Shown: positions 28,920-38,604 of the stretch, piece after piece
How the letters are laid out: every line of letters begins with the position of its first letter
Position numbering within the stretch: position 1 is the first letter of the stretch
Source of the DNA: Alphaproteobacteria bacterium
GTDB lineage: Bacteria > Pseudomonadota > Alphaproteobacteria > JAEUKQ01
NCBI GenBank assembly: GCA_016794225.1
Contig: JAEUKQ010000002.1
Location: 8,347 to 72,346 of the forward strand
DNA length: 64,000 bases
Direction: 5' to 3'
Made by a program: the position numbers and the translations under genes
The notes under the pieces: model-generated
What the model was told of the DNA's origin: nothing
Seen by the model: only the letters and a program-made list of their open reading frames with translations
Databases searched by the model: none

Positions 28920-28947
28920 TTGATTGTCGGGATACCTACTGTATATT
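28920..28947 (+). promoter_or_regulatory. sigma70-like promoter candidate for the KPAA-repeat sORF
   Basis: TTGATT (28920-28925), 16-nt spacer, TATATT (28942-28947), about 48 nt upstream of ATG 28995. Pattern match only. Confidence 0.3.
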
Positions 28948-28994
28948 GTGGTTATCGTCTCATTGTGGGGCGATTTTATAAAAGGATCAAGGAA

Positions 28995-29069
28995 ATGAAC
29001 AAGAATCAAAAGCCAGCCGCAAAGCCAGCTGCAAAGCCAGCTGCTCCAGCCGGTGGCAAAAAGAAATAG
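28995..29069 (+). CDS. candidate small basic protein, 24 aa (MNKNQKPAAKPAAKPAAPAGGKKK)
   Basis: Translated by hand. ATG is preceded by the purine-rich AAAGGATCAAGGAA and followed by TAG and a strong terminator. Too short for the ORF track. No family assignment. Confidence 0.4.
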   Translation: MNKNQKPAAKPAAKPAAPAGGKKK

Positions 29070-29106
29070 TTATCTGAAAACATATCGTTTTTAGATCTTT
29101 TTTCTT

Positions 29107-29143
29107 AAAACCCCTGTTTCGGCAAGCTCCGACAGGGGTTTTT
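29107..29143 (+). terminator. rho-independent terminator
   Basis: CCCCTGT(TT)CGG-CAAGCT-CCGACAGGGG hairpin followed by TTTTT, about 40 nt after the sORF stop. Confidence 0.75.
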
Positions 29144-29485
29144 AATTTGTATTTTAGTAATCATCAACCAATTGATTCTGCGTTACAATATTTAAGACGC
29201 CCCTATTTGGGACAAAACTTTCCCACGTATGCAGAAAGCTAAATATAAAAACCACAAGCACAAAAACGGCTGTAAGTATATAGTCTGGTTAACCAGGCAA
29301 TATAAAGAATTACCAAAACAATATAAAGGGGCAGAAAAGCAGGTTGGCTGGTTATGGTAAAACCCTGCGCCGGCAATTTTTGAAAATTGCACATAAACTA
29401 TATTGCTAAAGGGGTACAATTTGTAAACCAGCGAATAGGTACCCCAGATAGCTTTCTAAGGTCATGCCCTTTGGATAACTGCCCC

Positions 29486-29809
29486 TTAGATGACGGATTG
29501 TATCCACTCAAGCAGTTTGGATTTAGGCATTGACCCAACCTTGGTTGCGGCAACTTGGCCATTTTTAAACAACATAAGGGTAGGAATACCGCGCACACCA
29601 TAATTTTGGGGTGTGTTTGGGTTGTCATCAATGTTGATTTTGGCAATGGTAACTTTGTCTTGCAGTTGGCTTGCTATTTCTTCAAGTACTGGGGCAATTA
29701 CCTTGCACGGGCCACACCAGTCGGCATAAAAATCGACCAAAACAGGCTTGCTTGCTTGTAAAACATCTTTCTGAAAATTATAATCTGTCGTCTTAATTGT
29801 CGCCATCAT
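29486..29809 (-). CDS. trxA: thioredoxin
   Basis: 107 aa. VDFYADWCGPCK active site and GIPTLMLFKNG. Confidence 0.92.
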   Translation of the reverse strand: MMATIKTTDYNFQKDVLQASKPVLVDFYADWCGPCKVIAPVLEEIASQLQDKVTIAKINIDDNPNTPQNYGVRGIPTLMLFKNGQVAATKVGSMPKSKLLEWIQSVI

Positions 29810-29848
29810 ACACCTTTATATACATAATAATTTGTTTTTGCGGGATAT

Positions 29849-32800
29849 TCACTGATAGATATAGGTATTTAGTAAATCATTTTCCAGTTCCATCAGCAAT
29901 GGTTTTGCTGTCCAAAGCAAAAAACAGCGAATTTGATATTGTGGATATATTTGTTGCACCAGTGATAAATAGAACGCCATTTGCCGATAATATGCAACTG
30001 GCACAGATTTTGTGTCGCCGGGAGGTTGGTGGTGGGTTTTATAATCGATAATCCAAATATCACGGGGAAAAATGGCCAAACGATCAATCCGGCCGCTTAT
30101 GTGTATTTTTTGGTTTTGATTTGTTGCTACCCAGCCTTGAATTGGAATTTCATATAAATTATCGGCCAATTGTAATTCTTGCCATAAGGTGCTGTGCACC
30201 AGATTGTTGATGTGGGATAGAATTTCTTGCTGCCGCATATTGGATAACCCCAAAGCGGGTTGTTGAAGAAAAGCCAAAGCCATTGGTTGGAATGCTGTAT
30301 CGCCATGTTCGCTGGTTAATTGCAATAATTGATGGATCAGTTGTCCGCGCTGGTACAAAGACTGCTGCTCTTCCACAAGCAGTGGACTAATCAAATTGCC
30401 TGATTCTTCATGGCTGGGTAAAATGGTCGCAACAGAAAGATTCTTTTCAACAATCTTTTTTTGCCACCAATCGGGCAATGGGGAAGAAGGCAATAAAGGT
30501 ACTGTTGCATGAGATATAGGGGTAACTTGGGGGGTTTCTAGCCGCAATCCAATGTCATTATGATTCCAAAGTGTGTCAATTGTTGTCATAGCAAATGGCT
30601 GGGCTACCGGCTTAAGTCCGTGCCAAATAAAGTTATAACACCAATCAGTGGATGATTTTGCCGGCACCCCGGCAATATACAAACGATCTTCGGCGCGGGT
30701 CATAGCCACATATAATAGTCTTTCTTGTTCTTGCCGCTGCTTTTGTTCCAGTGTGGCACGCAATTTTTGTTGTTGGACGCTGTCATAATCTTTGCCAGCC
30801 AATAACATGGGCAATATATGAGTGCTGCTAGGGTGATCCCAGATAATTTTTGTTTGAGAATTATTTTCAAAACCTGAACAAGGCAAGAAAACAATTGGTG
30901 CTTGTAATCCCTTAGATCCGTGAATGGTCATCAAACGCACTTGATTAAGAATCGGTTGTTCTAAGTCGCGCTTAATTTCAATTTGGCCTGTTTCAATATG
31001 ATCAATAAATTCTTGAAGTGTTCCAGGTTTTTGTTCGGCAAAATTTAACGATAGGGCCATAAATTCATCGATAATATCCAAGGTTTCTATCCCATGATCA
31101 TCAACCAGCTTTGACTTAAAACCCAACTGTTCTAGCACGTAAGAATAAAACTGAAAGGGGTGCCGATCTTGACCGTGCATCAGCTGGTATAACAATCCAA
31201 CAATTGGTTGATATGCTGTGTGCTGGCGGGCATGTTGTTGCATCTGTTCCCAAAGGCTTGCTGGCCGATGGTAACAAAGATCAAACAGCTGGTCTTCGCT
31301 AAGCCGTGCAAGCGGACCTTTAAGAATCACAGCAAGGTTAAAATCATCGCCGGGTAGCAAACAGAACTTGCCCAAAGCTATTAAATCCTGAATTGCCAAA
31401 TGTTCTTGCAGTTTTAGACGGTCTAGTCCCGCAGCTGGAATTTGGTATGATTGTAAAGCTTTTAAAATAGGGTCAATCAAAGGCTTGCGTCTGGCAAGCA
31501 AAATCATAATGTCGCGTGCTTCGATAGGTCGTCCTTTTGATGCCAATACTTCGCCCGACAACATTTGCTTAATACGTTTTGCAAGAATGTCGGCATAAGC
31601 TTGTTCAGCTGGTATTCCCGATGCTTTTATAACTGGCCATAATTCTACCGTGCCACCTTGACCAAGCCGTTGGGCTTGATGCTGGATTGTAAAACCCCCT
31701 TGTTTTAATAAAGAATCTTGTTGGTTGAAGACGGCATCAACGGCTTGAAGAATGGCGGGTGTTGAGCGAAACGAGATATGCAAATCGACACTGTGCCATG
31801 TTTGCCCCGATCTAATGGTATAATCCTGAAATCGCTGATTAGCTTGGGTAAACTCTTGCGGTTCGGCTTGCTGAAAACCGTAAATAGATTGTTTTATGTC
31901 GCCAACGGCAAAAATGGTACGCTGATCAGGGCGTTGGCCTTGGCCAGAAAAGAATTCGCCAACAATTGTTTCCATCATTTCCCAAAGATCGCGGTTTGAA
32001 TCCTGTGCTTCGTCGATCAAGACGTGGCTAATTTGATTATCCAGCTTATAAAGGACCCAGGAAATGGCGTTAGGGCTTAGCAAGAAATGGCGTACATGGT
32101 GCACCAAGTCGTGATAATCAAGTGCCATCAATTGTTGTTTTCGCAGGCGGTAATGCTGATCAAAGTAACGGTATATTTCAAGCATAGCACCTGTTAATCG
32201 GATTGAGCGGTGATGATTCTGTTGGGCGTTAAAATCAAGGCAAAACTTTGTTTCTTGCTGAAACAGCACATATTCATCAGTTGATAAATTGCCTTTTGCG
32301 AACTGAGCGCGTGGTTTTCGTTTTTGGGTTAGAAAGATCGTGCTGTATTTTTCCCATAATTGGTTATCAGAATCGATATAAGTCAGCCAATCATGAAGAC
32401 TTGCCAGAGTTTTGGATTCAAAGCTCGTACCGTTTGTTTTCGGGAAAGTTACCAAAGCTTTTTTCAAACGATCCCGGGTTTGATGTATGAATTCTGCAAG
32501 TAATTCGGCATCTGTTTTTTCGGGATTAAATTGATGGTGTTCGTATAAACTGGCGATAATAGCGGTGATTGAACCATAACGGCTAATCGCAGCTTCCATA
32601 AAACGTTGATTTTGGTGTAAATGGACAATCAGGTCAAAAAATGTTTTCCAGCTATATTGTTTTGATATTAGGCGCAGGGCAGCCATACTGGAATCATTGG
32701 CTTGTTGCCGAATCATATTTAATGCGTCTTCGATTGCCTGATTAACGATGGTACTGGCTTCTGCACCTTCAATAATCCGAAATCCTGGGGCAATTTGTGC

Positions 32801-33232
32801 TTCCAGTGGAAAACGTTCAAGTAAATTTTGGCAAAAAGAATGAATGGTTGAAGCCTGTAGCCCGATAGGATCATCGATAACCTGAAAGAATAATTGCCGT
32901 GCGCGCACAATATCCGCTTGACTTGGGGAAGTGCCAATCAGCAACTCAAGGTCTTGGCGCAATAATTCAAGTGGCCGTACAGACCATGATAACATGCGTT
33001 CAAGTAATCGGTTTACCATCTCTGATGCTGCAGCTTTGGTATAAGTTAAGCACAAGACACCCGAAATTTTTGTTCCTGATAGCAATAAGCGTAAAACACG
33101 GTCGGTTAATACCTTGGTTTTACCTGTTCCAGCCGAAGCAGAAACCCAGGCAGATGTTTTGGGGTCTGCTGCCAGACGTTGGTTTTTTAAGGCTTGCTTC
33201 CATAAGTTTTCTGGGGGATTAGTCGTATTCAT
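29849..33232 (-). CDS. addA: double-strand break repair helicase-nuclease AddA
   Basis: UvrD-type motifs (SASAGTGKTK, LCLTYTKAAA, IDEAQDS, VGDIKQSIYGFQ, TIHGSKGL, YVAMTRA) plus a C-terminal PD-(D/E)XK block (GRIDRL...IIDYKT). Start set to MNTTNPP (ATG 33232), overlapping the addB stop by 14 nt. Confidence 0.9.
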   Translation of the reverse strand: MNTTNPPENLWKQALKNQRLAADPKTSAWVSASAGTGKTKVLTDRVLRLLLSGTKISGVLCLTYTKAAASEMVNRLLERMLSWSVRPLELLRQDLELLIGTSPSQADIVRARQLFFQVIDDPIGLQASTIHSFCQNLLERFPLEAQIAPGFRIIEGAEASTIVNQAIEDALNMIRQQANDSSMAALRLISKQYSWKTFFDLIVHLHQNQRFMEAAISRYGSITAIIASLYEHHQFNPEKTDAELLAEFIHQTRDRLKKALVTFPKTNGTSFESKTLASLHDWLTYIDSDNQLWEKYSTIFLTQKRKPRAQFAKGNLSTDEYVLFQQETKFCLDFNAQQNHHRSIRLTGAMLEIYRYFDQHYRLRKQQLMALDYHDLVHHVRHFLLSPNAISWVLYKLDNQISHVLIDEAQDSNRDLWEMMETIVGEFFSGQGQRPDQRTIFAVGDIKQSIYGFQQAEPQEFTQANQRFQDYTIRSGQTWHSVDLHISFRSTPAILQAVDAVFNQQDSLLKQGGFTIQHQAQRLGQGGTVELWPVIKASGIPAEQAYADILAKRIKQMLSGEVLASKGRPIEARDIMILLARRKPLIDPILKALQSYQIPAAGLDRLKLQEHLAIQDLIALGKFCLLPGDDFNLAVILKGPLARLSEDQLFDLCYHRPASLWEQMQQHARQHTAYQPIVGLLYQLMHGQDRHPFQFYSYVLEQLGFKSKLVDDHGIETLDIIDEFMALSLNFAEQKPGTLQEFIDHIETGQIEIKRDLEQPILNQVRLMTIHGSKGLQAPIVFLPCSGFENNSQTKIIWDHPSSTHILPMLLAGKDYDSVQQQKLRATLEQKQRQEQERLLYVAMTRAEDRLYIAGVPAKSSTDWCYNFIWHGLKPVAQPFAMTTIDTLWNHNDIGLRLETPQVTPISHATVPLLPSSPLPDWWQKKIVEKNLSVATILPSHEESGNLISPLLVEEQQSLYQRGQLIHQLLQLTSEHGDTAFQPMALAFLQQPALGLSNMRQQEILSHINNLVHSTLWQELQLADNLYEIPIQGWVATNQNQKIHISGRIDRLAIFPRDIWIIDYKTHHQPPGDTKSVPVAYYRQMAFYLSLVQQIYPQYQIRCFLLWTAKPLLMELENDLLNTYIYQ

Positions 33233-36221
33233 CCTGGCCTTCTGTTTTGTCGCTACTCCAGCTATCGAACCTTGATAAAAGCTTATAATACTCTCTGGCA
33301 TTGTTTTGATGCTGATATGCGTATGCTGCGGGTGTTTCGTTGTAATATTGCTGTAGCAGTTCGTATAACAAACGCTGAATATTTTGGCTGATGGGTGCTT
33401 CGTTGGTTGTGATACTTAATAAAGGTTTTGTTTTAAATTCGGCACCTAAATTGTAGATGACAAGCTCATCAACAGGGCAAGCGGGTACGTTGGCAAAGAA
33501 ACCCCCTTCGGCAATCAGTAATTCAATAGGCAGCTGACATTCATGTCCCTTAAGGATACTGTCTTTCGTGGGCGATTTTCCTGTTTTATAATCAATAATG
33601 CGAAGCAAATTATTAGATAACAAATCAATTCGGTCGGCACGCGCCTGTAAAATAAAAGAATGGTTGTTTACTGTGAATGTAATCTGGCCATTAACTTCGT
33701 GAAATGATTGGTTAATGTTCGGACGATTGCGTTCTTCCTGATGCCACAGCCAGTCAAGAACGGGCTGAAAATGCAGCCACCAAAAAGCCCATGTTTGACC
33801 GCGCTCTAGGTATGGTTCAAAGTTTTTCCGGGCAATTTGCTGAAAATCATGGTAAGATTGGCTTGTCAAATTGTTGGGATAAAGTTTATTAAACTGGTAT
33901 AATGTTCGGTGCACAATCGAACCCCGAACGCTGGCATCTGGTTCTTTATCAAGCGCTGATAGGGGTGATAATTTCAATAAACGCCGGCAATAAAATTCAT
34001 AAGGATTATCAATCAACAATTGTACATCGCTAACTGAAAGACGTTTGGGGCGAATCTGAACTGCCGGGCAGGGTAAAGGTGGGGTATGTTTGGTGCTAGC
34101 TGTTGGTTTGGGTGTCAATTGTTGTTGCCACTCTAACCAATGTGTTTCGGTTAAACTACTCTGAAACTTTGCCTGTGCCAATGCTTGCAATCTTTGTAAA
34201 AAGCGCGATGGCCGTGTGGGGGTTCCATCAACTTTAATAGAACGGGTTAAAAAAACATGCTTTGCTTGGCAGGTTTGAATGAAATCAAAAGCCATCTGGC
34301 CTATTGTTTCTTGCGCTTCAGGAAGCCCTAACTGCTGGCGCAAACGGTTGTTTAGCCATGGATCTGACGGCACGGTACCGGGCCACTGCCCTTCGTTAAG
34401 TCCAGCTAGTATAACGGTATCTGCCTGCTGTAATTGTGCTTCTAAAAGTCCCCAAATATAAAGACGTGGATTAAAGCTTAGCTGGGGATATATGGTTTTT
34501 TCTTGGAACAAATCGCTTAAAATATCGGGATAATGCTGTGGAGAAATAAGAACATCCGCCATTCCAGGTTGCATAAGTTCGGCCATCATATTGGCCGCAG
34601 CTTCGCCTGCCTCACCAGACCATAGGGTGCTTGCAGATTGATTATGGCCGCAAGACAACCATTCGGCAAACATGCAGTGCGCCTGCACCAGTGTTCTTAA
34701 TGGTACAGTATGTTCTTTAAGAAGATAACCAAGTTTTTCTGAACCTTGTGCCAGTGTTTCTAAAAAAAGAACCAACCGATTGCCATTTTTAATTTGTTTA
34801 GAAGCTTGAACTAATAAAGGGATATTTGCTGAAAATCCCTGGCGCAGCAGGCGTTTTTCAAGATCACGGGTTAATCGCAGGAAAAAAGAACGGCGGCGAC
34901 CTGCCTGGCTAAACGGATGTTTAAGTGCCGCAAGCAATACTGCACTTTGAACATCCGGTTGAAGCATCATTGCAGTCAGACGCAAATATTTTCCAACATC
35001 TGTCTGGTGCAGTGCTTGACCAGCCGAGTCATCAATTATAATACCCCAACGGTTTACTTCAAGACGCACGCGCAAAGCCAGCTGACGATCGGGTGTTACA
35101 AGAGCAATTTTTTCCGATTTCTTTTCTAAACTATCACGGATAATCAGGGAAATAACCTGGCTTTCTTCGCGTAAACCAGGGCATTCAACCAGCTGTATAT
35201 AGTTTGTTAACCTACCATCTGCTTGGAATACGGAGGATTGTGACAGGGGATAGGCAGATAAAAATTGTTGGGGATGATCCCAATCGCTAATCAGGGAAGA
35301 TGGGCGCATGGCCAATTCTAAAAACTGCAATCGGGTGTCGGCCATTAAATCTGGCGATGATTGTTCTATTACAGGCCACGGTTTTAAATCTGCCAAATCT
35401 TGTTTTAGAAAATCCAGCAGTTTAAATAGCTGATAATAGGGGTGTGTTGGCGCCTGACGGATTTCTTGTTGTAGCAGAGGGGTTTGGCTATTCTGGAAAG
35501 AAGGTAATATAATGAACCCTTGTGGTAAGTTTGTAATAGCTGATAATAGCTTTAAAACACCTGGTGTTGGTCGTGGCATACCACCCACCAGCACAGGTCC
35601 TGTTGGTATATGTTGTTGCCAAAGATTGGACAGAATATCAAGTGATTGTTGGTGAAGTGTTTCTGGGTTTTCCGAGCCTTCTTCTATAAGAATTTGGGGC
35701 CAAAGATTGCGTAAAATGTTTAAAAATTTCAGGGTTTTTTGCCAATGTTCGGCAAAGTCGGTGTCGACAATAGTATCCAATCTGTGCCAATCTAGGTTAA
35801 AAGCCACCGATTCTGCTAACAAATGCGCTAATGATTTTGACAAAAGTAATGCATGACGCAAATTATAAGCACCTGCTTCAATAAATCCAGCTTGTGTAAT
35901 CAAGCGTGCCAGCAAGAAATGACGGCGCATATAGTTTATAGAAGGTTTTAACGGGTGTTTAGTCAAAAATTTTGGCAGCAATCCAGGGATCGGTGTATTG
36001 GGCTGAATGTCACCAATTGGCTGAATGTGTGGTAACAGAATGGCGGTATTATGTTGGCTTTTTTCAAGCAAGCTTGTTTGCAGAAGGCGGCAGGATCGAC
36101 GGTTCGGTAAAAATACAATACCCTTTGACATAGCCAAGGGGTTTTTAGCCGTTTCGGCCAAAATATAATCCGCTAATAGATCAATCGTTGAATAGCCAGC
36201 GGGTGTATAATATATGCCCAT
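33219..36221 (-). CDS. addB: double-strand break repair protein AddB (alphaproteobacterial type)
   Basis: 1000 aa, directly upstream of addA. Degenerate helicase-like N-region and C-terminal PD-(D/E)XK nuclease block (RADRIDLL...RIIDYKTGK). Confidence 0.85.
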   Translation of the reverse strand: MGIYYTPAGYSTIDLLADYILAETAKNPLAMSKGIVFLPNRRSCRLLQTSLLEKSQHNTAILLPHIQPIGDIQPNTPIPGLLPKFLTKHPLKPSINYMRRHFLLARLITQAGFIEAGAYNLRHALLLSKSLAHLLAESVAFNLDWHRLDTIVDTDFAEHWQKTLKFLNILRNLWPQILIEEGSENPETLHQQSLDILSNLWQQHIPTGPVLVGGMPRPTPGVLKLLSAITNLPQGFIILPSFQNSQTPLLQQEIRQAPTHPYYQLFKLLDFLKQDLADLKPWPVIEQSSPDLMADTRLQFLELAMRPSSLISDWDHPQQFLSAYPLSQSSVFQADGRLTNYIQLVECPGLREESQVISLIIRDSLEKKSEKIALVTPDRQLALRVRLEVNRWGIIIDDSAGQALHQTDVGKYLRLTAMMLQPDVQSAVLLAALKHPFSQAGRRRSFFLRLTRDLEKRLLRQGFSANIPLLVQASKQIKNGNRLVLFLETLAQGSEKLGYLLKEHTVPLRTLVQAHCMFAEWLSCGHNQSASTLWSGEAGEAAANMMAELMQPGMADVLISPQHYPDILSDLFQEKTIYPQLSFNPRLYIWGLLEAQLQQADTVILAGLNEGQWPGTVPSDPWLNNRLRQQLGLPEAQETIGQMAFDFIQTCQAKHVFLTRSIKVDGTPTRPSRFLQRLQALAQAKFQSSLTETHWLEWQQQLTPKPTASTKHTPPLPCPAVQIRPKRLSVSDVQLLIDNPYEFYCRRLLKLSPLSALDKEPDASVRGSIVHRTLYQFNKLYPNNLTSQSYHDFQQIARKNFEPYLERGQTWAFWWLHFQPVLDWLWHQEERNRPNINQSFHEVNGQITFTVNNHSFILQARADRIDLLSNNLLRIIDYKTGKSPTKDSILKGHECQLPIELLIAEGGFFANVPACPVDELVIYNLGAEFKTKPLLSITTNEAPISQNIQRLLYELLQQYYNETPAAYAYQHQNNAREYYKLLSRFDSWSSDKTEGQDEYD

Positions 36222-36242
36222 ACTTTTTGCTAGTTTTTCGGC

Positions 36243-37001
36243 CTAGTTGCGTGTTAAATTGGTGTGGTGCTGGCTTAGGTAAGCTTCGACCGCAAGAATA
36301 TCTTGAGGGCTGCTGATATGCAGCCAGGTTCCATCGTGGCGTACCCCAAATAAGCGCCCCTGGGCAATAGCCCGATCATATAATACATTCAGCGAAAATG
36401 ATCCGTCGGGGCTATCTTGAAATAACCGAGGATGTATAATTTGGATGCCGCTAAAAACAAAAGGTGCAATCTCGTCGTCTTGACGGCGTTTTAGGGAACC
36501 ATCCGCATTTAAATGAAAATCACCAGATCCCTGATAACCAACTGTTTTGGTTACTGGTTGCAGCAGAAGTAGAACATCCATTGTTTTATTATTCCAATGA
36601 CTGGCAAGGTTTAATAAGCTATTTTGGCCACCATTAAACCAAATGATTTTACCATTGATAACATAAAATGGTTGTGTCCCAATCATTGGTAAGGCTTGTT
36701 TAACACCACCACCAGTTTCCAATATAGTTTTTTCTTCACTTATTTGAATGTTAAAATGCTTCGGTTGTTGTTCTAAATACGTTTTAACAACCGTGCCCAG
36801 GTGGTGGGTATTTACAATAATTTGTTTTAGGCTAATCTCTTTTAGCCGCTCTAAAATATGCCCAAGAATAGGCTTTCCCATAATCTGAACCATGGCTTTT
36901 GGTGTGTGATTTGAAATTGGCCGCAATCTGGTGGCATAACCAGCCGCAAGAATCATGGCTGTTTGAATCGAGGGAATATTCTTGGAATATGATTTAGACA
37001 T
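36243..37001 (-). CDS. murU: nucleotidyltransferase, MurU-like (N-acetylmuramate alpha-1-phosphate uridylyltransferase)
   Basis: 252 aa. AMILAAGYATRLRPISNHTPKAM is the sugar-1-P nucleotidyltransferase motif. Conserved partner of the preceding kinase. Confidence 0.7.
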   Translation of the reverse strand: MSKSYSKNIPSIQTAMILAAGYATRLRPISNHTPKAMVQIMGKPILGHILERLKEISLKQIIVNTHHLGTVVKTYLEQQPKHFNIQISEEKTILETGGGVKQALPMIGTQPFYVINGKIIWFNGGQNSLLNLASHWNNKTMDVLLLLQPVTKTVGYQGSGDFHLNADGSLKRRQDDEIAPFVFSGIQIIHPRLFQDSPDGSFSLNVLYDRAIAQGRLFGVRHDGTWLHISSPQDILAVEAYLSQHHTNLTRN

Positions 37002-38007
37002 GCTTTTCTACCTTTTGTTTCGGTTCAGGAAAATAATTGGCAAACCATTGTTGTAAAGGGCGCATATGTGGTTCTTTCAGTGTTGTTTGCAACTGCCCCC
37101 AAACACGGGGGATAAATTGTAAATAACCAGGTTTATTATCGCGGCGATACAAACGAATAAAAGTTCCTAAAATGCGTGTATGGCGTTGAGCACCCCAGAA
37201 AGCGTAGGACTGGTTCAAATATTCACGTTCGTTTTTTGGGAAGGTATCCAAAAAATATTTTTTTAATTGATGTGCCATTGGTCTTGGTACATCCCGCCTT
37301 GCATCGTCAAGCAGTGACATGCAATCGAAAACGGCCGATCCACGAACAGCATCTTGAAAATCAAGCAAACCACAAGCTTTAATGCCCGCGCGGTTGGGCA
37401 AAAGCATTAAATTATCAACATGAAAATCAAAATGCGTTAGGGCGTGTTTGCCAACCCTAAAATCATCAAACATTTTTTGCCATAAGCTAATAAAGTCATG
37501 ACGAACATGCTGTTGCACTGGTTCTTGGTATATTTCAGGCCAATACCAATCAAGAAAAACCTGAACCTGGTTTAAGACCTTTAAATGATCAAAATCGGGT
37601 AGAAGTGATATAATATTAGCGGTTGATTGCTGGTATAGATGGATTAAAAGATCAACCGCTAATTGATATAAATCCTTCTCAGGATAGCCTGATTGCAGAA
37701 GACGCGTGTAGGTATTATCACCAAAATCTTCCATGATGATTAGTCCTTGCTGCTGATCTACGGCATAAAATTGGGGAACTGAAACGCCCATGTTCGACAA
37801 AATTTTGGCAATTCCTAAAAATTGGTCAACCCGTTCTTTAGGAGGAGGGGCATCCATCAGGATAGCGGGTGGTTTGTTGTTACGATGCAAACGTTCGTAC
37901 TGACGAAATGATGCATCACCAGATATTTTTTGTCGTATTGCGCCTTGCCAACCTTGTGTATCAAGAAAAAGTTGAATTTGATGATCACGTTCTGTCTGTT
38001 TTACCAT
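36994..38007 (-). CDS. amgK: aminoglycoside phosphotransferase-fold kinase, AmgK-like (anomeric MurNAc/GlcNAc kinase)
   Basis: 337 aa. GDASFRQYERL, catalytic HFDFHVDNLM and LLDFQDA motifs. Overlaps tsaE and murU, which suggests an operon. Confidence 0.7.
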   Translation of the reverse strand: MVKQTERDHQIQLFLDTQGWQGAIRQKISGDASFRQYERLHRNNKPPAILMDAPPPKERVDQFLGIAKILSNMGVSVPQFYAVDQQQGLIIMEDFGDNTYTRLLQSGYPEKDLYQLAVDLLIHLYQQSTANIISLLPDFDHLKVLNQVQVFLDWYWPEIYQEPVQQHVRHDFISLWQKMFDDFRVGKHALTHFDFHVDNLMLLPNRAGIKACGLLDFQDAVRGSAVFDCMSLLDDARRDVPRPMAHQLKKYFLDTFPKNEREYLNQSYAFWGAQRHTRILGTFIRLYRRDNKPGYLQFIPRVWGQLQTTLKEPHMRPLQQWFANYFPEPKQKVEKHV

Positions 38008-38495
38008 GGTTTTGTACCTAAGGTTAATAGTTGATCAGCCCACGCACGGGACCCACAAATTTGTACCTGACGGTGGTTCGGTAATTTGGCGAAATCGATT
38101 CGGACATCAAGCCGATCGTCTGGTAAAAGATGTCCAAGTCGTTCAGGCCACTCAATAAGTACAAGGCTGTTATGCCAGGCTTCTTCAATCGATAGTTCTA
38201 GGACTTCTTCAGGATGCTGTAGGCGATAAAGATCAAAGTGCCAAACATCGAATAATGTACTGCAATAGGTTTGTACCAAGGCAAATGTTGGGCTTGGAAT
38301 TTCACCAGCATCGGGTACAAGAGTTTTAATCAAACTTCGGGCAAAGGTTGTTTTGCCAACCCCTAAATTACCCCATAAAGCAATTACCTGACCAGCTTTA
38401 CAAATACCAGCAAGTTTTTGTGCGATTTGGTATAAGTCGTGAAGCGACAGGGAGTCAAATTTTTGTAATAATGGTAAAGAAGTGAAGTTTGGCAT
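38001..38495 (-). CDS. tsaE: tRNA t6A37 biosynthesis ATPase TsaE
   Basis: 164 aa. LWGNLGVGKTTFARSL P-loop, SPTFALV, HFDLYRL, IEWPE. Confidence 0.88.
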   Translation of the reverse strand: MPNFTSLPLLQKFDSLSLHDLYQIAQKLAGICKAGQVIALWGNLGVGKTTFARSLIKTLVPDAGEIPSPTFALVQTYCSTLFDVWHFDLYRLQHPEEVLELSIEEAWHNSLVLIEWPERLGHLLPDDRLDVRIDFAKLPNHRQVQICGSRAWADQLLTLGTKPW

Positions 38496-38604
38496 TGGTT
38501 ATTCGTTAATTGATCATATAATTCAAAGTTAAATTGTGATGACATCATAGATAGATTATCGTCATAATGGCATCAATAATTTTAAAAAAGGGAATTCTTT
38601 ATTA

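Noticed and set aside
29229-29363. 44-codon basic ORF (MQKAKYKNHKHKNGCKYIVWLTRQYKELPKQYKGAEKQVGWLW) in the folC-trxA gap
   Set aside because: There is no Shine-Dalgarno-like sequence upstream of the ATG, and no promoter or terminator pairing. It cannot be distinguished from a chance ORF in AT-rich DNA. It is covered by the non-coding-gap finding instead.
29192-29646. 75-aa and 82-aa minus-strand ORFs (29192-29419 and 29398-29646) from the ORF track
   Set aside because: One overlaps trxA out of frame. Both are Cys/Phe/Leu-rich with no start-site support. Judged spurious.
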